This document shows positions 48,542 through 58,475 of a stretch of 64,000 nucleotides of DNA, piece by piece. The stretch is taken from the NCBI GenBank assembly GCA_040289905.1, contig PSMA01000012.1, positions 374 to 64,373 of the forward strand, given 5' to 3'. The position numbers were made by a program, and so were the translations under genes. How positions within the stretch are numbered: the first letter of the stretch is position 1; each line of letters starts with the position of its first letter. A model generated the notes under the pieces. It saw only the letters and a list, made by a program, of their open reading frames with translations. It had not been told where the DNA came from and did not search any database. The DNA comes from Blastocatellia bacterium (lineage in GTDB: Bacteria > Acidobacteriota > Blastocatellia > Pyrinomonadales > Pyrinomonadaceae).

Positions 48542-49594
48542 CTATTTTCCCCTCAGCTGTTGCAGCCAACGTTGGTAATCAGCCTTGCCCCGTTCAAATT
48601 CCGTCGCAGATGTATAAAAACGATGCGAGCCGTTATTTTTGGAAACATCGCGGACGAAAAAAAGATAAGCAGTTTCCGCGGGCAAAAGCGCGGCTTCGAT
48701 CGAGGATGCCGACGGCGACGCTATCGGACCCGGCGGCAGGCCGGCGTATCTGCGGGTATTGTATGGGGAATCTGCTTGCAGATCACTTTTGTTGATATTG
48801 CTGTCCCAGCGGCCTTCCATTTTAGCGACGTAAACGCACGTCTGGTCGATGCCGAGCGGAATACCGCGCTTTAGTCGATTATATATCACCGAGGCGATTA
48901 TCGGACGTTCATCGGTTACCGCCGTTTCCGTTTCGACCAAAGAGGCGATGGTAACAACCTGATGCGGCGTAAGGCCAAGCCGAGAGGCCATTTCCGTCCA
49001 TTCAGGCTTCCAGATTTTTCGGAACTGCGTGACTGCTGCGCGGATCACGTCTTCGGTCCGTGCTTCGAGGCTGAGTTCATAAGTACTAGGGTAGAGATAT
49101 CCTTCGAGATTCGGCGCTTGAGGTGCTATATCACTGATTGGCGATGGGTCCTCGAATAATCCAAGTATCTCCTGTTCAGACCGGGCCTCGGCGGGAAGCC
49201 TTTCCTTGATTCTCTTGGCAAGATCGAACAGCGTAAAACCCTCGGGTATCGTGAATTTAATCGCCCGCGTCTCGCCCTTTTCGAGCTCAGCTAGTACTTG
49301 GCGCGGCGTAATCGGCGAATCGAATCGATAATCACCTGCTTTAAGGCGCGCGGCGTCACCGAACAAACGCAGGTACAGCAATACCGGCCTTGCATCGGCA
49401 AGGATGCCTTCAGCTTCAAGTTTGGAAACTATTGCAGCGGGCGGCGTCCCGCGTGTAATCGTTAGGTAACTTTGTGCTTTATCATGTGCGTGTGGCGCGT
49501 CCATTGCTCTCAGGACCCAAATAGTCAAAACAGCGACAACCGCAAATACTAAAATGCCGGCGCCAAAAAATGACCAAACTAATCGTTTCTTCAC
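48542..49594 (-). CDS. mltG: Endolytic transglycosylase MltG (YceG-like)
   Basis: 350 aa with an N-terminal TM segment and a YceG domain (LASLVETETA, YNTRRYAGLPPGPIASP). Confidence 0.85.
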   Translation of the reverse strand: MKKRLVWSFFGAGILVFAVVAVLTIWVLRAMDAPHAHDKAQSYLTITRGTPPAAIVSKLEAEGILADARPVLLYLRLFGDAARLKAGDYRFDSPITPRQVLAELEKGETRAIKFTIPEGFTLFDLAKRIKERLPAEARSEQEILGLFEDPSPISDIAPQAPNLEGYLYPSTYELSLEARTEDVIRAAVTQFRKIWKPEWTEMASRLGLTPHQVVTIASLVETETAVTDERPIIASVIYNRLKRGIPLGIDQTCVYVAKMEGRWDSNINKSDLQADSPYNTRRYAGLPPGPIASPSASSIEAALLPAETAYLFFVRDVSKNNGSHRFYTSATEFERGKADYQRWLQQLRGK

Positions 49595-49962
49595 AAAAGA
49601 AAGTTTAGCAAATTGACGACCTAAAAAATAAGCGCGGGTCGAGACTGTAACTTTGCACGCAAGAGCTTAAATTACGGTAAACTATACCGCACCTCGTCCG
49701 GTGACGGGTATTTTCATTTTGAAAATTACAGACGAATTTGTACAATCGAGAAAATTTAAATCTCACAGCAACGCGTAAAACGAGTCTTCGAGTCCCTCGA
49801 GGAAATAAGCCTCCGGAGCTAACTGTCTCGATGCCGCGTGCTGTCGAACAGACTAATCTCGGTAATCGCGTTAACTAGGCGTTAGACCTCACGGCATAAA
49901 ATCTGACGTGAATCATTAACCAAAACATTGAGGATTTATAAATTCGATCGGAGGAAAAAAAA

Positions 49963-50988
49963 ATGAGATTTGTAGTCCATCTGGCTTTCACCGCAGTATC
50001 AGTTGTCTCGATCTTCGGGCAGGTTGCTGACACAAAACGCAACCCGAAATTATCGAATGAATTCAAAGGAACGCCTACGAAGTCGAGCCAATTGGTGCCG
50101 CGGAGCATCACGGCGTTAAATACACCAATAACAGAAAATTTTGACACTCTTGCCGCGACCGGGACTTCCAGCAACGTGCCCGAGGGTTGGGCGTTTCTCG
50201 AAACAGGTGCAAATGCTAACTTGCTGTACACGGCCGGCACGGGCTCGAGTGGTACGGGCGATACTTACAGCCTGGGAGCCTCCGGGTCGACCGAGAGGGC
50301 ATTTGGCGGACTTCGAAGCAGTACTTTAATTCCTTTGATTGGAGCCAATTTTACAAATGCGACTGGAAGTACAATCGGAAGAATCTCAATAACTTACATT
50401 GGGGAACAATGGAGATTAGGAACTGCTAATCGAGGACCAGACAGATTGGAATTTCAATATAGCTTGGACGCAACATCCTTAGACACCGGCACCTGGACTA
50501 ACGTCAGCGCCTTGAATTTTTCGTCGCCTATTACGACCGGAACTGTAGGCGCTCTGGACGGAAACAACCCCTCGAATCGAACGACGATTACCGCAACCTT
50601 TCAAGTCACCGTTCCCAACGGCGCTTCGATTTGGCTTCGGTGGGTTGATTTTGACGCTCCAGGTGCTGACGATGCGCTAGCCATCGATGATTTCAGCCTT
50701 ACAGCGCAGGGGCTGTTTTCCGGGCCTGCCTCGATTTCGGGTCGGGTAGTCACCGCTGATGGTCGCGGCATTGCAAATCATATTGTAACGGTATCGGGCG
50801 GCGATCTGGCGGAACCAATTTCGGTCAGGACGAACACATTCGGTTTTTACAGAATCGATGGTTTGCCTTCGGGCAGGACCTATTTTCTTAGCGTTTCAAC
50901 TCGCAAATATACGTTTTCTGAGCCCACGAGGACTGTCGACCTGACTTCGGACCTAAGCGGCGTTGATTTCGTCGCTATGTCTTTATGA
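49963..50988 (+). CDS. Secreted protein with a C-terminal carboxypeptidase-regulatory-like (CarboxypepD_reg) domain
   Basis: 341 aa with a strong SD (GGAGGA) and a signal peptide. The C-terminus SGRVVTADGRGIANHIVTVSG...FYRIDGLPSGRTYFLSV is typical of that beta-sandwich. The N-terminal domain is unassigned. Confidence 0.5.
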   Translation: MRFVVHLAFTAVSVVSIFGQVADTKRNPKLSNEFKGTPTKSSQLVPRSITALNTPITENFDTLAATGTSSNVPEGWAFLETGANANLLYTAGTGSSGTGDTYSLGASGSTERAFGGLRSSTLIPLIGANFTNATGSTIGRISITYIGEQWRLGTANRGPDRLEFQYSLDATSLDTGTWTNVSALNFSSPITTGTVGALDGNNPSNRTTITATFQVTVPNGASIWLRWVDFDAPGADDALAIDDFSLTAQGLFSGPASISGRVVTADGRGIANHIVTVSGGDLAEPISVRTNTFGFYRIDGLPSGRTYFLSVSTRKYTFSEPTRTVDLTSDLSGVDFVAMSL

Positions 50989-51024
50989 GCGAGTAAAACG
51001 GTCACGGGAAGTTGAACAATCGCA

Positions 51025-51070
51025 GGACAGGGCGAAAGCAGGCGACTTATTCGCCCCATTCGCCCTGTCC
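51025..51070. repeat. Nested GC-rich hairpin overlapping the ilvA stop codon
   Basis: GGACAGGGCGAA (51025-51036) pairs with TTCGCCCTGTCC (51059-51070). An inner GGCGA-CTTAT-TCGCC hairpin sits in the loop. No U-run is present on either strand. Confidence 0.45.
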
Positions 51071-52285
51071 TTCGCGGACAACGTGATATCCGAAGTCTTC
51101 TAAATGCCGATGGACGAATCGTGCATGCTCTTCGTCGCGAACCTCGAGTATCATTTCAATTCCTGTATAGCCGAGCGGCGCAAGCCAGATCGCTCTCTGG
51201 TGATTGACTTCCATAACATTTGCGCCGGTTTCGGCGACGCGATTCAGTAATTGAGCCAAAGATCCGGGCCGATCCAAAACTAGAAGTTTCAAAATCACGT
51301 AGCGTCCCTGCCTCACCAGGACCTGTTCAATTACGCGCGAAAGCAGGTTGCCGTCTATATTTCCGCCAGCAAGTATTGCGCAAACCACATCCTCCGGCTT
51401 GATTTTGAGCTTTCCGGCAAGAAGTGCCGCAACTCCTGCTGCTCCGGCTCCCTCGGCAACGATATGGGCGTTCTGAACACAATGAAATACACCGGCGGCG
51501 AGTTCCTCTTCGGTAACTTCGACGACACTTTCGACGTATTCGTGAATTATCGGAAGCGTCAGTATTCCCGGACGTTTTACGGCGATGCCGTCGGCAATCG
51601 TCGGTCTTCCAATTGCTTCCAGCGGGACACCCGCCCTGAGAGATTGATTGATCGAAGGTACGTTTGCCGCTTGCACGCCAATGACGCGAACTGTCGGTAT
51701 GAGCGATTTAAGAGCGATCGCGACTCCGGATGCAATTCCGCCGCCGCCGATCGGAACGAGAACGACCGATACATCGGGTAAAGCCTTTGCAATCTCACAT
51801 CCGATCGAACCTTGTCCAGCGATAATAAGCGGATCGTCGAATGCATGGACGTACGTAAATCCCTTTTCTGCCTCTAGCTCCCGGGAATATGCAACTGCTG
51901 CATCGAAACTGTCGCCCCTGAGGATAACCTGGGCGCCGAGTGCCTTCGTCGCCGCGATTTTGGTAAGCGGAGCAAATTCTGGGAGGACAATCGTTGCCTT
52001 AACACCGACGAGCTTCGCCGCGAGCGCAACTCCTTGCGCATGGTTGCCGGCAGAGGCAGTAACTACGCCGCGCTGCTTTTCCTCTTCTGAAAGCCGCGAG
52101 ATTTTGTTGTAAGCTCCGCGGACCTTAAACGAACCGCCACGCTGAAGGCATTCGGCCTTAAGATATGCTTTACAGCCGATTGCGGCAGAAAGTTTCTCAT
52201 CGGAAATTATCGGTGTTTCGTTAATTATGCCCTTGAGCCGGCGGCGGGCACTCTCTACATCTTCAAAAGTTATCGTCATCGTCAC
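51047..52285 (-). CDS. ilvA: Threonine ammonia-lyase (threonine dehydratase) with a C-terminal ACT-like domain
   Basis: 412 aa with the PLP-lysine motif GGSFKVRGAYNK, the glycine loop PIGGGGIASG, and a regulatory C-terminal domain. Confidence 0.8.
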   Translation of the reverse strand: MTMTITFEDVESARRRLKGIINETPIISDEKLSAAIGCKAYLKAECLQRGGSFKVRGAYNKISRLSEEEKQRGVVTASAGNHAQGVALAAKLVGVKATIVLPEFAPLTKIAATKALGAQVILRGDSFDAAVAYSRELEAEKGFTYVHAFDDPLIIAGQGSIGCEIAKALPDVSVVLVPIGGGGIASGVAIALKSLIPTVRVIGVQAANVPSINQSLRAGVPLEAIGRPTIADGIAVKRPGILTLPIIHEYVESVVEVTEEELAAGVFHCVQNAHIVAEGAGAAGVAALLAGKLKIKPEDVVCAILAGGNIDGNLLSRVIEQVLVRQGRYVILKLLVLDRPGSLAQLLNRVAETGANVMEVNHQRAIWLAPLGYTGIEMILEVRDEEHARFVHRHLEDFGYHVVREGQGEWGE

Positions 52286-52422
52286 TTCGGGATTATAAGG
52301 CTATGCGGCCACGTTTCAAATTGTTAAGAGCTTTTTAGATCGGAGGATTCGAATTTTCTTCAGTAGTCGAATTGGAAGAATTGGTGTATATTAAACGGAC
52401 ATCCAAGTTTCGGAGGTTGAAG

Positions 52423-53439
52423 ATGGACCCGTTTGTCGGTTTCGGTGCGATCTTGATGTTAATTCTCGGCGTCGCGCTTGTGAGCGTTGCATTGAAAACG
52501 ATTAAGATTGTCCCGCAATCAAGCGTTTTGCTAATCGAGCGGCTTGGTCGGTTTCACCGTCTGGCAAACAGCGGCTTGAACATCATCGTTCCGTTTTTTG
52601 AATCGCCGCGGGCGGTCTATTGGACCAACGTCCGGCCGGGCGTCACCTTCATTGACCTAAGGGAGCAATACATTGATCTACCTCCTCAACCCGTAATCAC
52701 GCGTGACAATGTTACAATCAATGTTGACTCCGTAGTTTATTGGCAGATTACAGACCCTGTAAAGGCGGTCTACGAGGTAGCAGACCTCGTCGGCGGCATC
52801 ATTCAGCTAACAATTACCGGTATGCGTGCCGTGATGGGTGAAATGGACCTTGACCACACGCTCTCCTCGCGCGACCAGATTAACTCTAAACTACGTCTAA
52901 TTCTTGATGAAGCCACCGACAAATGGGGCGTAAAGGTGACCCGCGTTGACGTAAAGAACATCAATCCTCCGGAAGATGTCCGGATTACGATGGAAAAGCA
53001 AATGACGGCTGAACGCAATCGTCGAGCGTTAATCCTACAAGCCGAAGGTGAGAAACAGGCCGCGATTACGCGGGCCGAAGGCGAAAAACAGGCGGCAATC
53101 ACCCGATCGGAAGGCGAAAAGATGTCCGCGATTTTGCAAGCGGAGGGCGCCGCACAAGCCCGGCTTACCGCCGCAAACGCTGAAGCTCAGGCGATCAAGC
53201 AGATTGCCCAGATTGTCGGCAACGCGGAACAGACAACGCAATACCTGCTCACGCAGCGCTATATTGAGTCGCTTCGCGATATGACGCGGACCCAGAACTC
53301 AAAAATCGTATTTATGCCGGTTGAAACTGCATCGATGTTTTCCGGAATCGGCGCAATCAAGGAGTTACTTAATGAGACGAGCGAAAAGAAAGAATCGCAA
53401 CCGTTACCGCCGCGCGGCCCTCGCGAATTGAATACGTGA
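52423..53439 (+). CDS. SPFH/band-7 (stomatin/prohibitin-like) membrane protein
   Basis: ATG 52423 has GGAGG upstream (the ORF track starts at 52372). It has a TM anchor, an SPFH core, and an Ala/Glu-rich repeat tail (AEGEKQAAITR twice). Confidence 0.8.
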   Translation: MDPFVGFGAILMLILGVALVSVALKTIKIVPQSSVLLIERLGRFHRLANSGLNIIVPFFESPRAVYWTNVRPGVTFIDLREQYIDLPPQPVITRDNVTINVDSVVYWQITDPVKAVYEVADLVGGIIQLTITGMRAVMGEMDLDHTLSSRDQINSKLRLILDEATDKWGVKVTRVDVKNINPPEDVRITMEKQMTAERNRRALILQAEGEKQAAITRAEGEKQAAITRSEGEKMSAILQAEGAAQARLTAANAEAQAIKQIAQIVGNAEQTTQYLLTQRYIESLRDMTRTQNSKIVFMPVETASMFSGIGAIKELLNETSEKKESQPLPPRGPRELNT

Positions 53440-53478
53440 TTCCCCAGCGGGCAAAAAATTCAGCATGGAGTAAAGATT

Positions 53479-54081
53479 ATGGTAAAAATTATTGGGATTG
53501 TAACTGTTTCGCTCATCGGGGCCGCCATTGCGCTGGCCTACAAATATGGAATGATCTTTAATCCAACGCCGAAAGAGCCTGTCGACGCAACTTCTATTTA
53601 CGACTTTACGGTGAAGGATATCGATGGAAACGACGTCAGCCTCGGCAAATTTAAGGGAAGCGTATTGCTCATAGTCAACACTGCCAGCCGCTGCGGTTAT
53701 ACGCCGCAATACGAATCACTGCAGGGCGTTTTTCAGCAATATCGGGATCGGGGTTTCTATGTTCTCGGATTCCCAGCGAATAATTTTATGGGACAGGAAC
53801 CTGGCACGGAAAAGGAAATCAAGGAATTCTGTACCCTGAAATACAACGTCTCTTTTCCAATGTTTTCAAAAATATCGGTGACCGGGAGCGATCAACATCC
53901 GCTTTATCGCTTTCTGACAAATAAGAAGACAAATCCGGATTTTGGCGGTGATATTTCGTGGAATTTCAACAAGTTCTTAATTGACCGGAACGGCAAAATT
54001 GTCGCTCGCTTTGGCTCTAAGGATAAACCGGACGATCCATCGGTGATAGCTGCGATCGAAAAGGCTTTGGCAGAGCATTGA
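53479..54081 (+). CDS. Glutathione peroxidase (Cys type) with an N-terminal membrane anchor
   Basis: 200 aa with the active site NTASRCGYT (Cys encoded by TGC, not TGA), FPANNFMGQEPG and WNFNKFL. Confidence 0.85.
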   Translation: MVKIIGIVTVSLIGAAIALAYKYGMIFNPTPKEPVDATSIYDFTVKDIDGNDVSLGKFKGSVLLIVNTASRCGYTPQYESLQGVFQQYRDRGFYVLGFPANNFMGQEPGTEKEIKEFCTLKYNVSFPMFSKISVTGSDQHPLYRFLTNKKTNPDFGGDISWNFNKFLIDRNGKIVARFGSKDKPDDPSVIAAIEKALAEH

Positions 54082-54087
54082 TGCGTC

Positions 54088-54636
54088 TCAAGCGAGTCGG
54101 AATTCGCTCAAAGGTGAATATTTCGCGCCGACTGATCCGAGATCGCTTCGCATAAGAACCAACGATTCTACCGAAAATTCAAATTCTGGAATCCGTTCAA
54201 ATATGACTCTACGAGTTACCCTTTGTCTACCGCGACTTCGACCTATGGTAACGTGGGGTCGAAATCGACGCGCCTCGCGCTGAAACCCGAGTGATTCAAG
54301 TCGTTCGTCAAGATCCGCCTGAACGGCAGAAACGGATCCGGTAAGATCGTCAATTCCAATTGCAACGACGAAGGGCGTAAAAAGTTGAATTTGCCCGGTG
54401 CGAAGCAGCGCGCTAGCGTTTGCGGCTCTAGCTGCGGCTGCGACTGCATTGGCAATGCCCGGTATTTTTGCCTCTGCCGTCTCGCCCAAAAATTTAAGAG
54501 TTAGGTGCAGGGAATCTTTGGCGATGATTCGCACGGAATGATCGCTGAATACTTTGCTGAGGGAGATCGCAACTTCACTGTGTATACGGGAGCGAACCGC
54601 TTCCGGTAAGGCCGCGGCGATAAATATCCGGTTCAT
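54088..54636 (-). CDS. thpR: RNA 2',3'-cyclic phosphodiesterase (2H family, ThpR/LigT)
   Basis: 182 aa with two HxT/Sx motifs (HLTLKF and HVTIGR). Confidence 0.8.
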   Translation of the reverse strand: MNRIFIAAALPEAVRSRIHSEVAISLSKVFSDHSVRIIAKDSLHLTLKFLGETAEAKIPGIANAVAAAARAANASALLRTGQIQLFTPFVVAIGIDDLTGSVSAVQADLDERLESLGFQREARRFRPHVTIGRSRGRQRVTRRVIFERIPEFEFSVESLVLMRSDLGSVGAKYSPLSEFRLA

Positions 54637-56024
54637 TTTTTTCGCAGATCTTCCGTGTAGAGCATTCGATACACGCGGTAATTATTCATCACCTTCTGGA
54701 CGTAACTCTTTGTTTCGGCAAAACCAATTTCGGCGACAAAGATGCCTGGCTCTTTCGGCTCGGAGCGGTTTAACCAACGAATTGCGTTGTCCTCGCCACC
54801 GTTATAACTCGCCGCGATTCCTTCATAGAGGCCACCGAATTCATTTTTCAGAAAGCCAATATATTCGCATCCAATGGCGATATTCACCGCGGGTTGGTAG
54901 AGGTCATCCGGCTGAAGGCGGGGAAAGCCGGCCTTGGAGTTGAATTTTATTGCCGTATCGTAAACTAGCTGTAACAGTCCGCGGGCACCGGCTGGCGACT
55001 TCGCTGAGGGCCGAAAAACGCTTTCCTGTTTCATTATTGCGAGGACAAAACGCGGATCGATACCGCGTGGGACCGCGAATCTGAGAAGAAGGTCGCGGTA
55101 AGGAGTCGGGTATTCGGCAGGATTTAGACCGATCAGATCCGCTGCTGGGGAAACCGCTGACGGCTGATTTCGATCCGCAGCAAGCCCGGCGAAATAGGAA
55201 GTTAAAGGGCTTGAAAAGCCTCGATAAACTTCAGCTTGCTGAGAAAGGCTTCCGCTTTGTTCGGCGGCAAACGCACGCAAAAAACGGATTTCATCAGCTG
55301 TTGCGATCGAACCGCGAGGGATCGACTTTCCGAGCAGGCGATCTGCAATCAAAATCGCCGATGCCCAGTTTTTGCGGTAAATTTCCATTCTCAGTTTTGC
55401 ATGCAGCGCGTTGATTTCCGTCGGCTTTCCAGCGAATCGCTGCGCGGCCATATCCGCCCATTTTTTAGCTTCGGAATACTGCCTGTCCTCGCGGAATGCG
55501 TCGATGATGTTCAGATACGCCGACTCTATTCGCTCTCCCTCCGGGTACATTGTCACGTATTGCTGGTACGCCTTGACAGCGTCGGCATTACAGCCTAGCC
55601 GCACGTAGGAGGCTCCCATAAAAGCAAGTGCTTCGCGGCCTTCCTTTGTCATCGGAAAGGCCCGAAACGTGCGCTCGAACCATTCTATCGCTTGCGAGTA
55701 ATTGCGTTCCCACATTAACGAGCGGCCCATTCCGAACAGCGCGCGTGGAAGTCCTGGGTCATCCGGATATCGCTCTATAACTCGCAGCCAATGCTCCCGA
55801 GCCGCCGGGAAAACTCGGTTCGCCATATAAACATCCGCGCGGCGAAGATGTTCGGACGGCCCAAGGTCGATGAGCTTTCCGTTTGCATCGCGATCGCGTT
55901 TGTCGCTTTCAAAAACGGATCGAAGGGCTGCATCGCCTGCTTGGCTAAACGAAGAGATCGGTACCAGGCACGCGGTAAGGAGAACGAATATGACGAACTG
56001 ACGAAATTTGAAAAACATCGGCAA
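54633..56024 (-). CDS. Lytic transglycosylase (TPR N-terminal region plus SLT domain), secreted
   Basis: 463 aa with a signal peptide and an SLT catalytic region (IMKQESVFRPSAKSPAGARGLLQL, AASYNGG). Confidence 0.75.
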   Translation of the reverse strand: MPMFFKFRQFVIFVLLTACLVPISSFSQAGDAALRSVFESDKRDRDANGKLIDLGPSEHLRRADVYMANRVFPAAREHWLRVIERYPDDPGLPRALFGMGRSLMWERNYSQAIEWFERTFRAFPMTKEGREALAFMGASYVRLGCNADAVKAYQQYVTMYPEGERIESAYLNIIDAFREDRQYSEAKKWADMAAQRFAGKPTEINALHAKLRMEIYRKNWASAILIADRLLGKSIPRGSIATADEIRFLRAFAAEQSGSLSQQAEVYRGFSSPLTSYFAGLAADRNQPSAVSPAADLIGLNPAEYPTPYRDLLLRFAVPRGIDPRFVLAIMKQESVFRPSAKSPAGARGLLQLVYDTAIKFNSKAGFPRLQPDDLYQPAVNIAIGCEYIGFLKNEFGGLYEGIAASYNGGEDNAIRWLNRSEPKEPGIFVAEIGFAETKSYVQKVMNNYRVYRMLYTEDLRKK

Positions 56025-56180
56025 TCGACAGATTAGCAGATTTCGAGCCGTTTTTGGGACGCAAATTTTCGCCTTTCAGTTGCAGAAGTCGGCTTTCCAT
56101 TGATAGGTTCGTTCGATTTTGCGATTTACAGCGTGGTAATATACTGCCTTTGCTGATTATCTTTATCGGAGATAAACGAA

Positions 56181-57029
56181 ATGAAAATCGCACTAAACGG
56201 AGCCACGACGATGCGGGCCGATTTATCGACGGACATTCGCGTAGCCCGGCAGTCCGGCTACGACCTTATTGAAATATGGTCTGCAAAACTTCACAAATAT
56301 TTGGAAAATCATAAGATCAGTGACCTTGCAAGGGAACTCGGCGACTCCGAAATTGAGCCCTACTCGATTAATTCGATCGAACACATTACATTTCGAACTC
56401 CGGAAGATTACAAAAAAATCAAGGCTGAATGCCAGAGGCTTGCAGAAATCGCTGGACAATTAGAATGTCCGTACATTGTCGTCGTCCCAGGGAAGATGCC
56501 GACCGATGCGCGGGAAGAACAAATCATCGAAGAATCGGTTCGGGTCCTGAACGAATTGGCCGACATTTCCGAGCCCTACGGCGTCTCGCTTGCGTTTGAA
56601 TTTCTCGGTCAGACTGATTGTTCCGTGCAGACGCTTGACCTTTCGGACAAGATTGTGCGAGCAGTCGGCCGCAAATCGGTCGGGAACGTCCTCGATACTT
56701 TCCATTTTTACGCGGGCAGATCGAGCTTTGAGGCGATCGATAATCTCGATCCGGAAAAGCTCTTTATTTTCCATATCAACGATGCGGAAGACTTGCCGCG
56801 CGAAGAGCTTACAGATGCTAATAGGCTGTTTCCCGGGCTTGGAATTCTACCGATTGCGGAAATCAAAAGTCGCTTTGACAAAATTGGTTACGACCGAATG
56901 GTAAGCGTAGAAATTTTTCGGCCAGAATATTGGGAAATGGATCCCTTCGACGTTGCCGAAAAGGCAATCGATGCGACGCGAAAGGCACTCGGAATCGGCG
57001 ATTCAAACGCGGCGGGAAGGACCAAATAG
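56181..57029 (+). CDS. Sugar phosphate isomerase/epimerase (xylose-isomerase-like TIM barrel)
   Basis: 282 aa with a family-typical layout (IEIW..., AFEFLG, FHINDA, VSVEIF). Confidence 0.7.
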   Translation: MKIALNGATTMRADLSTDIRVARQSGYDLIEIWSAKLHKYLENHKISDLARELGDSEIEPYSINSIEHITFRTPEDYKKIKAECQRLAEIAGQLECPYIVVVPGKMPTDAREEQIIEESVRVLNELADISEPYGVSLAFEFLGQTDCSVQTLDLSDKIVRAVGRKSVGNVLDTFHFYAGRSSFEAIDNLDPEKLFIFHINDAEDLPREELTDANRLFPGLGILPIAEIKSRFDKIGYDRMVSVEIFRPEYWEMDPFDVAEKAIDATRKALGIGDSNAAGRTK

Positions 57030-57044
57030 AGCGATCTAGAAGAT

Positions 57045-58013
57045 ATGACGAAAATCAGAATTGGCATCATTGGAACCGGCTACATCGGAAACGTCCACGG
57101 TCGGATTTACGCCCGAGACGAACGTGTCGAGATAGCCGCGCTCTATGACATTCTCACCGAGCGGGCGGAGGCAACCGCGCGTTCAATCGGCGGTAAGGTC
57201 TGCTCGTCGCGTGAGGAATTGCTCGATTCGTGCGACGCCGTGCTTGTTTGTACTCCAAACCGTACACATAAGGAAATCGGACTACATGCATTGAGCGAAG
57301 GGAAGCATTTGTTTTGTGAAAAGCCTTTCGCCGTAGGGCTCGAAGATGCTCGGGAATTTCTCGATGCGGCGAAATCCTCGGGCCAAGTCGTACAGGTTGG
57401 GCATAACCGCCGTTTTGCTCCGGTTTATCGACGCCTTCGGCAGTTGCTGGACGACGAGACGCCGCATTCGGCGCATATAAAAATGAACCGAGGCGAGCTG
57501 AAGGTTCCGGAATGGACGGGCGATGTAGGGGTCACGGGCGGGTTTTTGTACGAAACGACAATTCACCTTTTCGATATGCTGCGGTTCCAGTTCGGCGAAA
57601 TTGCAGAGTTAACTGCCTATGGCTCGCGGCACGAGTATCCGGAGCTTGACGAATTCTCAATTATCTTTAAATTCCGCGATGGATTTCATTGCACGTTCGC
57701 CTCGAGCTCTGACGCTAGCTGGCTCTTTCCTTTTGAGCGGATCGAGGTATTTTGCCACCACCGTACGATTCTGACTGAAGAAATGGAGCGGCTAATCGAT
57801 TCCCGCGGGATGGACGCAAATTATGATGTTTACGCCTGCCATATGTCCGAAAAGGAAGAAAAGTGGGGATACCTCCAGGAAGATCGAGCTTTTATCGACG
57901 CGATCATTGAATCAGCCGAGCCGCCCGTTACGGCCGATGACGGGTTTCGGTCGGTTGAATTAGTAGAGTCCGTCTATAGATCGATCAAAACCGGCGAAAA
58001 GATAGTTTTCTAA
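57045..58013 (+). CDS. Gfo/Idh/MocA-family oxidoreductase
   Basis: 322 aa with a Rossmann start (IRIGIIGTGYIG) and EKPFA. Confidence 0.8.
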   Translation: MTKIRIGIIGTGYIGNVHGRIYARDERVEIAALYDILTERAEATARSIGGKVCSSREELLDSCDAVLVCTPNRTHKEIGLHALSEGKHLFCEKPFAVGLEDAREFLDAAKSSGQVVQVGHNRRFAPVYRRLRQLLDDETPHSAHIKMNRGELKVPEWTGDVGVTGGFLYETTIHLFDMLRFQFGEIAELTAYGSRHEYPELDEFSIIFKFRDGFHCTFASSSDASWLFPFERIEVFCHHRTILTEEMERLIDSRGMDANYDVYACHMSEKEEKWGYLQEDRAFIDAIIESAEPPVTADDGFRSVELVESVYRSIKTGEKIVF

Positions 58014-58016
58014 ATT

Positions 58017-58469
58017 TTGCTTGTGACGAACATTTGCTCAAATTGCGGCCAGTCAAACGCAGCGGAGAGCAGCTTTTGCCGCTTTTGCGGTGTCGAATCG
58101 TTGCAGCGACCCGAACAATCGTTTGTGCCGCCGAGGCCGTATGCGTGGCAGACAGATGAATTCGAAGCAGGTGGTGTAAAACCTTCAGCTTCTTTCACGA
58201 CGGAACATAGCTCGGCGCGGACGATGGCTGATTTTGCAGCGGCGTCTGGCTCGATTGTGCCTGCCGGCCCCGGCATCTATCCGGCCGGATCGTATCGCTG
58301 TCCCCGTTGCGGGACGAACGCGTTACCTATTACGCAGCGGCAAGTCTCGCAGGCCGGCTGGATCGCGTTTGCGGTTTTGCTAGTTACAACTTTTATTTTC
58401 TTTTGGGTCGGCCTTCTAATGCGAGAGGACGCAACCGTTTGCCCAGTTTGTGGGTTGAGGTTAAATTGA
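58017..58469 (+). CDS. Double zinc-ribbon protein with a LITAF-like C-terminal module (CxxC, hydrophobic hairpin, CxxC)
   Basis: 150 aa with a TTG or GTG start. The N-terminal ribbon is CSNCG...CRFCG. The C-terminal module is CPRCG, then WIAFAVLLVTTFIFFWVGLLM, then CPVCG. Confidence 0.45.
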   Translation: MLVTNICSNCGQSNAAESSFCRFCGVESLQRPEQSFVPPRPYAWQTDEFEAGGVKPSASFTTEHSSARTMADFAAASGSIVPAGPGIYPAGSYRCPRCGTNALPITQRQVSQAGWIAFAVLLVTTFIFFWVGLLMREDATVCPVCGLRLN

Positions 58470-58475
58470 AATGTC

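Noticed and set aside
49640-49720. Possible c-di-GMP (GEMM-I) riboswitch, because of ACGCAAGAGC upstream of a secreted protein gene.
   Set aside because: Only one short resemblance to the ACGCAAAGCC core is present. The paired GGCAAACC and tetraloop-receptor elements are absent.
53030-53130. A tandem nucleotide and peptide repeat (AEGEKQAAITR twice) inside the SPFH gene.
   Set aside because: Ala/Glu-rich repeats are a normal feature of the C-terminal coiled coil of SPFH/stomatin-like proteins. It is not a mobile or CRISPR-like repeat.
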